Assembly: GCA_973895155.1 (NCBI GenBank)
Contig: OZ316894.1
Coordinates: 9,771,440-9,835,439, forward strand
DNA from: Marsupella aquatica
Taxonomy: Eukaryota; Plantae; Marchantiophyta
Reading direction: 5' to 3'
Length of the DNA stretch: 64,000 nt
The position numbers were made by a program, and so were the translations under genes. Shown here one piece after another: positions 1 through 15,589 of the stretch. The first letter of the stretch is position 1. The number at the start of each line of letters is the position of its first letter. The notes below the pieces were generated by a model. That model did no database searches and was not told where the DNA came from. It saw only the letters and a program-made list of their open reading frames with translations.

Positions 1-428
1 TTTCATTAGGAGTGCCTTGAGCTCCTCTTTTCATTGTTTTCAATTTCAGGTGATCATGTCACATAACTAGAACTTGTGATCCAGTTAGTGGAAGGGGGTA
101 CACTGTCCAGCCATTCAAATAGAAGCTTCTTCACATCCAAAGCTACTGTAGGTGGTTGAATGGTTGAATGCGGAAATCACCAGATGTAAACCCTGATGCA
201 GCCAGACACTGTCCAGTTGAATTGCTTGAGATAACCTCAAGGTCCATCCGAGCAATACTTTCCCTTTCCTAACCAATTGTCATAAACCAGAAGGATATTA
301 AACTGGTGGCAAAAACTACCATGGCATGCTTTGTGTTGCTTTGTTTTGGTTTGCATCCAAAGACAATTAAAGTAAGCTTAATTTTTAAGCTTTCTTTTTT
401 ATATTAGGCCATTGTGGCCCATGCCAGG

Positions 429-870
429 TTTGTTTGTTTTTTGTTTTGTTTTGGAAGGAAATGAGGAAGTCACAACACTAGGTAGAGTTTCCCCACCCCA
501 ATAGTGACACATTCTTTATAGGGAACCCATTTCAGGGTGAGACCCCACTGATATGACAGGGACCCGCACCAGGAGGGAAAGGGGATTTAATCAGGGCACC
601 CCAATAGTGACACACATTCTTTGTAGGGAACCCATTCAGGGTGAGACCCCACTGATATGACAGGGACCCGCACCGGGAGGGAGAGGGGATTTAATCAGGG
701 CCACTATTAAAGTGGCCAACCAGGGATCAAAGAGATAATGAGGACTCCTATCCACAAAACCCATCCCACCCACATACATATACCCTCCACAGCCCTGTGT
801 GAGAAGGGGGGGATTGAACCTCAGACCTTCAGTTCCAGGCCAATCCCCTAGCCAACTAACCTAAACTTGT
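429..870 (-). mobile_element. tRNA-derived SINE-like element with an internal ~100-bp tandem duplication
   Basis: Minus strand of ~808-863 reads TAGGTTAGTTGGCTAGGG...GAGGTTCAATCCCCC (Pol III A-box- and B-box-like). Body motif GGGAAC..CAGGGTGAG.CCC..GACAGGGACCCGCACC occurs twice (~498-598, ~600-700) and is shared with the copy at 7910-8224. (GTTT)n tail at 429-452. Boundaries approximate. Confidence 0.6.
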
Positions 871-1997
871 TACTAAAAAGAGAAAGAAGAGAAAGATGTT
901 AAGATATTTCTTATTCAATTTTGCTAGATCTAGTGCTGGCCTTCAGATGTCCTTAGGGCTCTACCATATACCCAAACTAAAAAATATGTGATGTTATGAA
1001 TATCAAGTTATTACAATTAACCTCAAATATTGGAAGATTGAGGTCCATGGGGGTTTCAAAATGGGAAATTGTGGTCCATGGGGGTTTCAAATTCGGAGGT
1101 CGAATCCAGCGAAAATTCGCATCTAAGAATGACGATGATCCGAGTCTCGTCCATCACACGCCGCACAATCATGAGGGAGCCACGTCAGCGAGTCAGCGAT
1201 GGCATCCTGGACACTCTGCTCTGATTCCCACGAATATCCCGCTGCAGTAATCCCCTCTAGTAATGCATGCTTTGTGTGTAGCTCGGTGCCATAGACCAGA
1301 GCTTTCTATCACTGAATCTGCCGACCTCCATTTCCATCGTCACCATCTCGATCGGCGTTTCTGGTATCCCTTTCAATCGGACCCAAATTCCCTGTTGAAA
1401 AAGGAAGTGTCGATCTCCATCGCCACCATTTTTTTTTTCCTCCTGGATCGGCGTTCTCGGTATCATTTCTGTCCCGCACTGGCCCGACCCTGCTTGAATT
1501 CTTCCACCGTGTAGCATTTGATAGTACCGGTCTGTAATGTAGCTGTCGGATTGGTTTTCGAATTGGTTTTTTGGCTGTCAAGAACTCGTAGGTGGAGCTT
1601 TTTTAAAGTCAGATTTGCATTGTAAAAACGTTGAATGCTGGGGCAACTTAGAAAGTGTATGCTGAGGACTTTTTTTAGTGTTAGAGGTGTGGACGTAAGT
1701 GCAGGAAAGAGGTGCAGCACCTGCACATCGATTCCTCTTTCAGGAGTCTGAGCTAGAGTTCGAGATTGGGTTGTGGAAGGGGGGTACTTGAAGAATCTCT
1801 CGTTTTGTGTTTGAATTGGGTTTTCCTTATCCAGGTGGTGGTGGTGAGGACCAAGCTGAAGAGGTGCTGCAGCTGCACGTCGCCTCCTCTTCCAGGAATC
1901 TAACCTAGCAGAGGGCGAGATTTAGGGTGGTGGGAGTGGCATTGCGCTTGGTGGGATTCTCTTCACGAACGGTGGGAGGGACGGAGAGGCGGATTGA

Positions 1998-3634
<1,637 letters not shown>

Positions 3635-5241
3635 GACTGTCTGACTTCGCTACCTGTCCTAATCACCGTCTGGGACAATATCTAACAGTTGCGCTGCAGG
3701 GAAGATCAGAAACTCCAGAAGAATTAGTTGCGACTGCAAACGAAATATGCTAGGTTAACGTTTGCTCTGAATGGAGCTTCAACTCAGGAATCCAGAATTT
3801 ACTCTGCGACATTAGCTTGGACAATGTTCTCAACGTCTATAGAACAGATAATCCTACAAGAGAGCACATATTGTGGCAGCCATTTTAAAAAAAGTATCGC
3901 AATTAGACGTGTATAAATTATTCTCAGTCATTAGTCGTAGAGGCTGGCGTCTAATCTAGCGACGTTTTGTAGTATACAAAGATTGAATTGTGATTCATCC
4001 ATCAGTGGTGAGCTCTGTGTGGCCTCCTCCCGTATCCTGTTCCTTTGGATTGTGAATTGTACTTTGTTATGAAAAAGCAGTGTTAGAGCAGTGCACGCGG
4101 TGTACATTTTTGCCATTATGTTACATTTGTTGTCATGAATGTCATGACTCAATTTATTTTTATCGGTGTGTCTGAACAGTAAAAGTAGGGAGATTATGCG
4201 TGGTTATAACGAAAACTATTCGAGAGAGTTCTCGTGGCCGTCAATCAGTGTGATTTCTCGAGACCTTCACATATGTCCAGTAAGGTGGGTGCCCGTTGAG
4301 GATTGTCATGGAATTGTTCCAGCAGTTCAGGCAAAGACTGTATTTTCTACTGTGAAGTGAGATACGTTTGGAGTATGTTTCTCCTGTCAGACATCGGTAC
4401 TCAGTTGGTTAGTTTGCCTTCAAGTCATCTGCCTAGGACTAAGGTTGATTGAGACGCTTCTATGCGTGAAGCCAGAGCAATTTCCTGTCACACAGCAGAC
4501 GTTAGGTAGAGTGAAGAATACAAGATGAACTGAAGAATTCTCACAGTCGTTCTCCCCTCCTCTGAACTCGAGGTTTCTATTGTAGACAACAGCTCTTGCA
4601 GGTTTCCACTGCAGACAACCGCTACCCATGATTGTGATGTACAGTAGCAAGAGACTGCCGCGGACTGCAGATAGAAGTGACTATCTCGGCCTTAGGCTTA
4701 TTATTGGGCCAAAATCAAGGCAGGGAAGAGTGTACCGAGATCTGCTCTGAAAGACACAAGATCTTGCCGTAGATAGTGGCACCAATTGAATATTTGATAG
4801 AGTAACACGAAGCTGTGGTTATGTCGAGACGAAGAAGTAGAAGGAGAAGCAGGAGAGTTCGTTGCATGACCACACGTCATCGGCTAACGTGTACTGCAAA
4901 GGTAGCTCAAGCTTCGTAGTCTGAAGGGTACCAATTTCACAGCATCATTAATTGGAGTTTAGGTGGTTGTTCCTGCTAAAAGATGAGAATCGACAGATGC
5001 AAAGGTGTCTCACTCTAGGTCAATGAGGAGTTGAGATTGAAACGGATTTGGCCCATGGAAGGGCAGCTAAGCATGCACACAAGATCGTTGTGGGAAGTAG
5101 TGTACCAATGTACCGGAAGTAATTCATGGAGATTTCCCAAAGCGGTAGAAGAAAAAGCAGGACAATGGTGCGACATGCAAAACAGGAGGTACGAGATACA
5201 CGTCCTCATTCGCTGGACCTGCCCGGTAGCAAGAATAGTAT

Positions 5242-5387
5242 GGTTTGGGCCATTCGTGTTTTTCACAGTCTACTACCAGCTCGGGAGAGTTGGACATCAA
5301 ATTTCACCCATGCAGGTTTGGGCCATTCGTGTTTTTCACAGTCTACTACCAGCTCGGGAGAGTTGGACATCAAATTTCACCCATGCA
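5242..5387. repeat. Perfect 73-bp tandem duplication
   Basis: GGTTTGGGCCATTCGTG...TTTCACCCATGCA at 5242-5314 and 5315-5387. Confidence 0.9.
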
Positions 5388-7909
5388 GCCGTTCCAAACA
5401 GGCAATTTTCTGTGCATTATTGACAATATCGGTTTATAGTAATGGTATTTGTATCTACTCAGAAGTGGGAGAAAGTGCTAAGCTTACCCTTGATACCCAG
5501 ATTGAGATGGCCTGTAGGGGGTTACATGCAAATTGAAGTGAACGCTTCGTGAAAGTTGTAAATCGAATGAGGAGAAGTGGATGTTGGAAAAAGTGTATTT
5601 TGTGACTAGATTAGCCCGTTCCCAATTAGCCGTTGCAGCACTATTAGTGTGAGTAACACTAGTCCATGAGTAGAGCCCGAAACTTTCTTCACCTGAATTA
5701 GTGCAATTGACACTAGTTGCAGTTAACGGTGTAGTATTCACCCACCATCAATTCCTTTTAGTCTAGTGGTATAACAGCTGCGTGTATCTTATCCCCCCTT
5801 TAGTAGTACTCACCCGCCATCACTTCCTTTCAGTCCAGGGCTACAATAGTTGCGTGTATCTCAATCCCCCTTCCTTGATTTTCTTGCGTTGTCCTTGCTG
5901 TGCGCGCCTGTGATGCTGTGCTCAGTGGTCGAACAGGGTTCTAGACGTGAAATTTGCAGGTCCTTCGCCGATATTAAAAGGATCATTGAAAACAGTTCGC
6001 TTCTGGCCTGTTGCAGTGGCCCCTACATTGAATCCGCTGCGTTGGGCGGGGGGTTAGGTGCACTTGATGTACTTTGTTATTCTTCAATTGATTTGATTCG
6101 CAATTCGCAAGGAAAGGAAAACGAAGTGTCAATCTCATTAGCGAGCCCTATCTCACAATGTGTGCACAACCATTATCGTTTATTCCTAATGCTCAAATTG
6201 CAGCTCTATCTGAATGTTGTTAAATTATCATTGACTGAGAAAATATTTATTTGTATATTTCAGTTTTTTCTTAGCATTTGCTGTCTCCTGTCATTAAATG
6301 TGGAACTTCGTCCTTCCGTGCAGTAATTAGACAGAGATGTGGGGTAATCTCCTGAGGGATGTCTGGTTCGTGGGATTAGAAGCCTCCCCACTTTCCCATT
6401 GGTGATTAGATGGGTAGTAATCTCCATCTCCACGTCTAGGAAAAACTCGACTGTCGCTTCATTGTCAACCACTTTCTGTATCAGATGCACGGGAACCCGC
6501 AGATCAGGCTTTTAGGCTTAATTCATGAAGAACAAGAATGGCACATGATACTAAAATCGATACTGGCATGTATAATCAGGGGCTGAAATCTCCAGAATTC
6601 CAGTGGCTCTCCAAGGAAGTGAGCTTTGTACCCTGATTGCAAAGAGACCACCTTAAGGCATCAGTGACAAATATAAAAATTCCAGTAAAGAATTGTTGGC
6701 CACCAAATTGGCCGAATACGTACAACTCGGACTAAGATTCCCAATGGGTAATTTAAATACCATACCCAGCTCGCCATCTGTGCCGAGGGTCGACGTCCAG
6801 GAGTTATTTATGCTGTGCAATTCGAGCTTTTCAGTGCAATAACCGCCGGGGCGTTTTGTGACGAGTAACCTGATATCATCCAACAATTTTTGTCGCTATT
6901 TCCATTCCAAGCACATTCTGTATAATTATAATTGTAAGGCAAAATCCTAGAAACTGAGAGACAATAGATAAGGGAACTGGTCCAAGAACGTAAAGAGCAC
7001 ATCACAAACGGATGTCCGCAAATTTGTCGAGACATTATCGTTCACAGATTCCTAAAAACTCAGGGATTCTCTTGCTCTCCACATCTCTAGCAAGACGCAA
7101 CTTATTCGTGTCAAGTTCTGACTCCGAGGATTGCTTCGTTAACCAAGACAAGGTACGTGTGCGTTCGATATGGAACTTACTCCACTTTTGTAGATTCTCT
7201 ATCTGTGGCTTATTCAATCGTGCTCGCGGCCGTACACTTTTGATGAGTTTCTCGGCCTCACTCCAGTAGCTGCCAGGTTTAGTGCTATCATCAAATCACA
7301 CACTACGGCGACACTGCGTCCGTGTCGTGCAAAATTACATACACGGACACATCACTCGAGGGGAGCATTCTGAAATAGGATGAGCTGATACCAAAGAAGG
7401 ACACACATAGAACTTTCCAGTATTCCGGTGAAAGCCAAATCCAACAGTGTCAGGGAATGTCACAAACAGTTTGCATGCAAGGAAATGGTTAGCTATTTCG
7501 AAGCTGAATCATTAATGAAGTAGTGGCCCGAATCTGCAAAAAAGCATAGGCAATAGAAAGCATGACATATGCGAATAGAAGCCGCTGAGAGTTCAAGACA
7601 AGAACATTACCGGGAACATTACGCACCAAAGGCACAATGGATATATACTGGGCGCTTCTCTTGAGTCGTTTTACTCGTTGCCCACCTCACAGCGAGCTCA
7701 ATATCTAAAGGTTTTGGGCCTCGTGAATTTCAAGTAGGGATGTTTAAATATGGAAGCCCTGTTGCATGTGGCGGCCGAGGTAGCTCACATGTGCAATCTA
7801 CAACAGCTGATTGCCAGGAGGCATACCTCCAGCATTAGTAGGCCAGCCTCCCACAAACAAACCTGGGCTCACTTCATCGTACTGTGCCTGCTTGCTTCTC
7901 ATTCTTCTC

Positions 7910-8224
7910 TTTTTATGTCTTGACCGGGAATGGGGAGGAAATACAATTAGACTCGCCCCGTCCCAATGTGACAGTTTTTCTGTAGGGAACTGAGACCAGG
8001 GTGAGCCCCAACGGATCCGACAGGGACCCGCACCAGGAAGGAGAGAGGATTAAATTAGGGCCACAAAGTGGACAACCAGTGGCCGAGAAGATAATCAGAA
8101 ATCCACTACCCACGAAATCTATCCCACCCACATACATATACCCTCCAGGGTGTGGAGGTGTGAATGAACCTGGGACCTCTCAGTTCCGGGCAAATCCCCT
8201 AGCCAATTGACCTAAGACAATTGG
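7910..8224 (-). mobile_element. tRNA-derived SINE with 18-bp target-site duplication
   Basis: Flanked by TTGCTTCTCATTCTTCTC at 7892-7909 and 8225-8242. Minus-strand head TAGGTCAATTGGCTAGGG...CAGGTTCATTC. Short A-tail (T run 7910-7914). Body homologous to 429-870. Confidence 0.8.
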
Positions 8225-9079
8225 TTGCTTCTCATTCTTCTCAGCAGAAAGTATGCTCTGAGACCATATAGATAGGGATTAAAACTAGCATACGACCTCG
8301 CATACGACCACCAGGGAAAATCTCCATCAGATGTTTTGCCAAAAAGGGCAGTTTTGCTCACAATAGGGTGTGGTTACTTATTAATTCGACTCTCTAATAA
8401 GTTACACATTATACTCTTCTCAATATTCTTGCATGAAACAAAAGCCCATGCCAGACAGACCCAGACATTGTCCCTGCCCATCCCCATGGACTGTGTATTT
8501 AAAGCAAATCACTTTAACACCAACTTAAAAGAAATTAAAAATGAACGGGTCGTGGATTACATTTGACTACTTTGACTACCTTGGGGAGAAAGTAGTCAAG
8601 ATGGCATGGTTGAGTAAAGGCATGACGTATTGACATCCAAGGTTGTCAAGTAGTCAAGTTACTGAGGAAACCATTTGTATAATGTAATTGGAGTAAGCTC
8701 CAGGTTACAATGTAATAACGTAATTGGAGGCAACAGATCACATTTCAATCAAAACTTTAAACAGTGTGTTATCTGAGTCATGTTCAATGTTTAGACCCAA
8801 GTCCATCCAAGCATTGCCAGCCCATCTGGGCTTCATAGACAAAGTAAGTGGAGGTCCATCCAGGCTTTAGCTCGGGCTTTAGTTTCAGATATTCTTGTAA
8901 CACCAAAGTAAAACCCTCATGTATACTCTATTTAAGTACATCTTAGTACACAGACCTTACAAATTAAAAAGTTCTCATTACTTTTGTAACATATATATAA
9001 TATGTTTTGGTGTAAGTTTTCATGATTGATTGAAAGCAGAGAATGCTATCCAAGTTATTTCTATATCTGAACTAGAAGA

Positions 9080-9680
9080 AACTTTGTTACTAGTCACATG
9101 AATGGGGTTACTTATTGAATCATTGGTTATTTGAACTAGATAGAAGTATGAACTAGCTTTCATTGTTACCCATGCCCGGTCACCTGACCCGAGTTACTTG
9201 TATGGATCATTCTATAATTAAACTAGGTAGGAACTTTGTTACCAGTCACATGGCCCGAGCTACTTGTATGCATGGATCATTCTATTTTTGAATTAGATGG
9301 AACTAGGAACTTACTTGACCAGCTAGTCTCATGGGTTGATTGTATGGATTATTTATTCTATATTTGAACAGATAGAACCAGGAACTTTGTACAGGCTAGT
9401 CACATGAACAGGGTTACAGACTAGTCACGTGAACAGGGTGGGTTACAAACTAGTCACATGAACAGGGTTATTTGTATGGATTATTCTATATTTGAACTGG
9501 ATGTAACTTTGTTACTAGTCACATCAACTGGGTTACTAGCTTGTATGAAACTTAGTCACTAGTCATATCAACTGGGTTGCTTGTATGGAACTTAGTTACT
9601 AGTCATATCAACTGGATTGCTTGTATGGAATTTTGTTACTTACTAGTCACATGAACCAGGTTGCTTGTATGGATCATGAA
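9080..9680. repeat. Degenerate minisatellite built on ACTAGTCACATGAAC.GGGTT.CTTGTATGGA
   Basis: About ten imperfect ACTAGTCACATG/ACTAGTCATATC units with recurring TTGTATGGA and GGAACTTTGTT. Confidence 0.8.
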
Positions 9681-10643
9681 AAACTGTACTAGTTTGCACT
9701 GTGCTTTTTTTCCATTTAAGGACCTGCCTGACCTGACTTCACTCATTCAGTCAATTCAGTCAATACAGAAATTCCTGATAGCGCTAAAGTAGATCGAGAG
9801 ACAAGGCTCTGTGGTTGTTTCTTTGCATGCTGAGCAAAGTTCAATTGGTATAGACGGTATACCTCTTGAGTTGCCAATCACGGTAGAATTTTTCGATTCG
9901 GAGTATCGGTAAGTTTACAACTTTGACTGAGAGAAAGGAAAGAATATGTTATCGATGGTCCATGGGAGAGTGTACATTTTACATTAATTTGCAATCAAGC
10001 TGGGACCCTTTATCGCAAGTCTTTCACAATACCTCTTCAAATTAATAGCTTTCGCAAATTGAAATGCATGTGTATTAAATCGGTGTGTTGTGGATATCTT
10101 GTAGTTCGTGCACGAGGAGAGGAATTTCGTAGATCTGGTGACCTCTTTCATCAGCTCTGAAGTAAGTAGCCTTGAGTCGACTCCGAAGAAAGGGACTTAC
10201 AATCTGTCCAGGAATTGTCTGTTTAAACTACCTTTCCGTAGAACTATATGTCTACTGCGTACTTTAACCTAGCTTGATTACGGCTCACAAAATATTATGA
10301 TTGTGTCAGATAACCTAGCTTGGCGTTGATTATGGCTCACAAAATAATATGATTGTGTCAGATTTCAATCACCGACCAATATAGTGTGATTGTTACATTG
10401 ATTGATTGTAATCAACGTTTGTCTCCCGGAAAGGCAGGACCGCCAAACCGGGCGACATTGTGGTCGGAAAGATATCTTATTCTAAGCTTTAAATGATTGA
10501 TTTTCTTATCAGAGTCACATTAACTATATATTCCAGGCAGCTAATTAAGCCACTTCTTGTTCTGTGATAATTTCTTTCCCATGCAGGTATTTCAGAATAT
10601 ATCTCAGAAACTTGCGTGGGGAACCTTCATCTATCCTTCCATC

Positions 10644-11573
10644 ATGTTTCAACCTCTACAGGAACCTCCAGGAGATCTTCTTCCTGGGCGCAACAGACAA
10701 TCTGAAACAGTAGTGCACAAATTCTTAATTCTAGACCGGACTTTAAAGGACTCCGATCTTGCGATTGCTAACAAATGGCGAGGGATAATTCTACCAGTAA
10801 TTCTGGTGGACGCACTCTTTGGCAGAGTGAGATACAATGCCCAGATTGATGTCAACCTGTCTGGAGCAACAGGCCAGAAGTTTATACTGACATTGAAGGC
10901 TTATCGTGTCCGTTTATATAAACAGTACAGGCTGAAGAACGCTTTCCAAATTCTTAAACTTCAAAACGCTCAGCCCGGAGACTCCCTGCAGATATTTCGT
11001 GAAACTGTGGGAATCAGAGATGATCCATTCCGTCGACATTTTACGTTAGAAATAAAGAGACAAAGACCCATACTGCAGTTCCCTGCAGACACTAATGATA
11101 GGTACATAAAAAATTGGGCCTTGATCATAACGAAGAAGTTGACCAACACAGTAAAATCGGGATTTGCATTCTTGCCAAAGGTGGAACTCAAGACACATTT
11201 TCCTGGTAGAAAGCGAAGGTCAAAAATCCCTTTGAAATGTTTTGACTTCCTGGATTCAAACTTAAGTTGGAACTTGACACTCCAGTTTTCCCGGGGCCGT
11301 GCGCACAAGCTTGAAGAGATGGATGAGCTTTGCAGGCATCATGGTCTAGAAGAAGGAGACGTACTGCTGATTTATCGAAGCAAGGAGTCGATGTCGACCT
11401 ACTGCATTGAAGTAAGTTACGTACATATGTTTTGAATTGAACTGAGATTTAACAGGCTGCTAGGCCTACGTTCTTGCAGCTGAAATCGGAAGGCTAATGT
11501 GCCTGTATATATGTTGATGCAGGTCGTGAAAAACGTTTACCTTCCTGATCTGAATACACCAATCACGGATTGA
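10644..11573 (+). CDS. Divergent B3-domain protein with two B3 repeats (REM/RAV-like); exons ~10644-11411 and 11523-11573
   Basis: Two B3-like units: RTLKDSDL..IILP..F..AQPGDSLQIFR and TKKLTNT..FLPK..HFP..SWNLTL..GLEEGDVLLIYR. GTAAGT donor at 11412, TGCAG acceptor ending at 11522. Start uncertain (acceptor at ~10586 upstream). Confidence 0.7.
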
Positions 11574-14009
11574 GTAACAAAGCTATGAGCGAACTTGTCT
11601 ACTGCATGCTCCATCGATTTTACTAGTTTTGGGATTCACCGGCTGTTAATTACAATACTCCAATGTCGTCGAAGTGTCTCATTGTTCAGACTTTAATAGT
11701 ACGTTGAAAAGAGTATATAGGGATGGGCACCCCCAGACTACGTACATGGAGTCGACTGTTTTCATTTTCGTTGCTCAAAGACCTAGCATGCAATCTGTAT
11801 GAAGGATATGTATTGACTTCTTTAATTAGTGTGTGAAAAACTTGAGGTTAATTATGCATTGACTTGATCTCAACTTTGAGTTCCTTGATTACCTTGCGTA
11901 CAACTTGGGATCTGATCGATCACTTTGCCTACTTGCAACCTGACCTATTGAACTCGCAACGCTATTTGCAAGATTTTGTCCTACCGCAGTTTTCTGGTTC
12001 AATGGAAATTAAATAGCTAGCCCGGCCCAAATTAAACTCGTCACCCGACTTGGCTTATCATGCATTGGTCTCTTCTGTAAGAAATTGGCGACTGCACATT
12101 AAGCACAATATTGCATAAATTCAATCACATCAAATTATCGTGCACGTCTTGTCGAAGAGATCCATCCCTTATCACTGTCTCAAAACTTTGATGCTCGCTA
12201 GCTAGCTACTGCTTCTCCCTTCGATCGATCGTCCGGGGATCGTCCTAATCATGACAGCGATGTCAAACACTTCCCAATCAAGTACTGATCGGCAACAAAA
12301 GAAGCTAAAATTAATCATGATATTGATTGTATTATGAGTTTATACAAGTGAAAGGGTGGGTACAATCGCCCTAAAGTATGAAATCCCTACAGGCTGCCTG
12401 GCATAGGCGATGCCTTTTTCATAAATTCTTCTTTTCTTCATCCATTTCTTAATTATGTAGTGTCGTTATGAAGTTGAGAGGAGACTTCAGATGCCCAGTA
12501 ATGTACATTAACCTCCGGGCGCCCCCAAGAGGCCAGGACCTAAGTTTATACGAGCATTATTGTGAAATGAGTCGTTCCTTATGTTTCCAATATCAAACCA
12601 TGATTTTCTTTGCAAGGACCTTAGCACAACGTACATCAAGTATGCTTTTGAAGACTACGGACGTTCTGTCTACTTTTGCAATGATGGGACGACAACCCGG
12701 TGAAGTCCTCACGCGGTTTAATTTGATCTGTCTAGAACTGCAAGCAACGTAAGTTGCGCAATAGTTATTCAATTTTCGCCCATTTTCCAGTTTGAAATAG
12801 GAAAGAGCTAGCTAGATCAACAGCTGCTGATCGGACTTGACTGTACTGCATATTCCACAGTGTAGACAGTATACATTCTTAATTTCCAACTGTTGTGATG
12901 GTCGATCAAATTCTGGAAGACAGCACCCAACAAGCCAAGGAAGGAGTTTGAGCGGTCGACAGGATGAGAATAGATAGCACGATAGTTGTGGAGATCACCA
13001 TATATCTCAAGGAGCATAAATTAACTACAGAGTGATCGAACGTTAATTTATTAGCTTTTCTCGTAGATATGTTTGGCATGCAGCGATCGAAAGCTCGGAC
13101 TTGGAGGGCAGTGTCAGTGATTGTTGGACATCTCACTACCCTGAATAACCTCTAATTAAAGCTTATAGAAGGCATACGTTTCCTAATTCAGGTATCTATT
13201 ATTATATGTTTTTGAGAAATTGGATCGATCACATGACATAGCTCATCTCACTGAAGTACCATGGAGTATATATTCACATGTACTCTTGTCGTAAACCATT
13301 CTCTATCTCAAGCCTGCTGTATCTCAAAGCCTGCTGTAGCTGTAGGCGATCGAATTCAGTTATCCAGGAGAGTTATCACTTGTCTCATGTGCCACTGACT
13401 GCAGAAGAAGCACGGAGAAGGTATCCATTTAGCGCTGATCAACGACACTAAACTGCTCCTCGTTTAATAAGGTCTGAGTGTAGAGGCGTTATCCCGCGCG
13501 ATATCATCTTTCTTAGGTGTTTGCGTGAGGGCAGACTGTAGACTGTGGAGCCATGGTTCCCAATCTTTCCTAGATAGCATTAGCAAAAGCTCCTAGGTAA
13601 TTAGAGCAATAATTTTTGTTCTTTTTGTAAATTAATAGGGTAGTACTTAAAAAGTAGTTGAGTATCACTCTTTTCACTCTTGAGTTGGGTGGTATGGCAC
13701 ATCAAAATATGACATAGTATCTTGATGTCTTGGGTATTCATTTCCCAAAAATGACACATCAAGTGCACAAAGGATAAGGTAATTTTATTGGTTCAAATGG
13801 AATATTTAATATTTTTTTCAAAATAATAATAGGGACTTTTAAATCCAATCATGAAATATTTCAAAAATATTTCAAATTTATGGGGGTTTCAAATTTCATT
13901 TTCTTTCTACATTTTAGGGTGCAGGACTATAAATGTCGCAGGTGATGGAGATACCTCCACATGGTGAGACCCCCGAGCCTATTTAATGCCTTAGTGTGCT
14001 TTGCACGAA

Positions 14010-14400
14010 AGATGTTGAGATGAAAAAAGATGTTGATGAGAGAAAAAATGTTCAAATGAATAAAGATGTTGAGGTGAGAAAAATATGTCAAGGTGAAAAA
14101 AGATGTAGATGAAAAGAAAAAATGTTTAGGTGAGAAAAAACATAGAGAAAATATGGTGAATAATCGAGATGAGAAAAAGATGTAAAGATGGGGAAAATTT
14201 GTCAAGGACCAAAAAGGTCTTAACTGAGGGTGAGAGAAAGATGTAATGGTGAGATAAAAATGGCAAAGTGAGAAAACAATAAGATATATGTCGAGGTGAA
14301 AAAAGATCTTGAGGTGAGTAAACTATGTCAAGATGAGAAAATAAAGTTCTTGAGGTGAAAAAGGATTTCAAGGTGAGAAAAAAAGAAGTGAAAAAATAAA
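14010..14400. repeat. Purine-rich degenerate ~20-bp tandem repeat (GATGTTGAGGTGAGAAAAAA-like)
   Basis: Recurrent GATG/GGTGA followed by A-runs; strong strand asymmetry. Confidence 0.65.
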
Positions 14401-15184
14401 GTTGTGATGAACGGTCAAGATTGATTCTCACTTTGATTATTTTGCCGAGGTTTTACTAACATAGAATTGACCAATCACATTTGGCTAATTAATCATAGGG
14501 TGGTTCTATAGTTTAGGAGGGAAGACTTAAATATTCTAGGAAGAAAGTATCTCTTAAATCCAATTTAGAGTCTTGAACATCAATGTCTTTTTAGATAAAA
14601 TTTTGAAATGTTTCAAAACCATATCATCTTAATATAGGTAAAAAGTAAGTTTTTTTTTTCCTTTCTTAGTGGGTCCAAGGCTTCAAAACATCCAACATGA
14701 TGGAGGAGGGGGCTTTATATAGTGAGATTGACCCCAAAACTTGAACCCCGGCTTTAACGGGGTTTTATAAAATAAAGGAGGTGGTGGAGGGATCTGCTCA
14801 ATGGAACCTTAAAATGAAAAGTTTTACTTGATGGGTTACTAGAGGCATAACTTAACATGGATGTGATGTAGAGCATTATATGCAGATGGTATATGAAAAT
14901 ATGGTCTAAATTAATGAGATCTAATCAAGACTAAAAGTGCTTGCATGGTAGCAGCTTAAGCACCAGAAGGCTAACAATCACCCAGGGGGTGCAACATCCT
15001 GTTGAGGGAATTACAGGCATTTAGTAGCTATTTCACTGCCTGGAAACTTGACTTGCTTTGGAAACACACCCAAAGATAGGCCACTAGGGATAACAGTACT
15101 CTACACTAGAGTAGGTGATCTGTGAAGTGCACTCATTAAGGTAAACAGGGTATTAATTACATGTAAATCAGAGGCAAAGCCAAC

Positions 15185-15295
15185 TGAGAGTCTGAATGGG
15201 GTCATTGTAGCGTGCGAGGAATGAGAGTCTGAATGGGGTCATTGTAGCGTGCGAGGAATGAGAGTCTGAATGGGGTCATTGTAGCGTGCGAGGAA
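15185..15295. repeat. 37-bp unit, three perfect tandem copies
   Basis: TGAGAGTCTGAATGGGGTCATTGTAGCGTGCGAGGAA at 15185, 15222 and 15259. Confidence 0.92.
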
Positions 15296-15589
15296 ACAGT
15301 AGAAATTTTCCTCGCATGAGCAAAAAGTTTACTCACATGACCCCTAATTTTTCTATATGCAATTGCCTCTCTAAGAGTAATCTGCTTGATAACATCCATT
15401 TTGGGGACTCCTCTTTATGCTAGCGATCTCGCTAGTCATCTGGGGTCATAAAAAACACACAAAAAATAGAAAAGGCAGCAAAAAGCAAAATAAATTTAAA
15501 ATCACAAGTACGTGTCTCGCTAACAATACTCCCCTTGCTAACAAAACTCATGTTTGCTCGCATTATAGAATACCTCATCTGAATGAAGG

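Noticed and set aside
808-866. tRNA gene
   Set aside because: A/B-box-like motifs but no convincing cloverleaf; it is the head of a SINE shared with 7910-8224.
1710-1900. Two similar ~40-bp motifs in the SQD1 5' region
   Set aside because: Short diverged local duplication with no evidence of function.
5850-6326. 158-aa ORF
   Set aside because: TTG start, no domain and no splice support.
15185-15295. 37-bp repeats resembling CRISPR repeat length
   Set aside because: No spacers, no cas genes, eukaryotic context.
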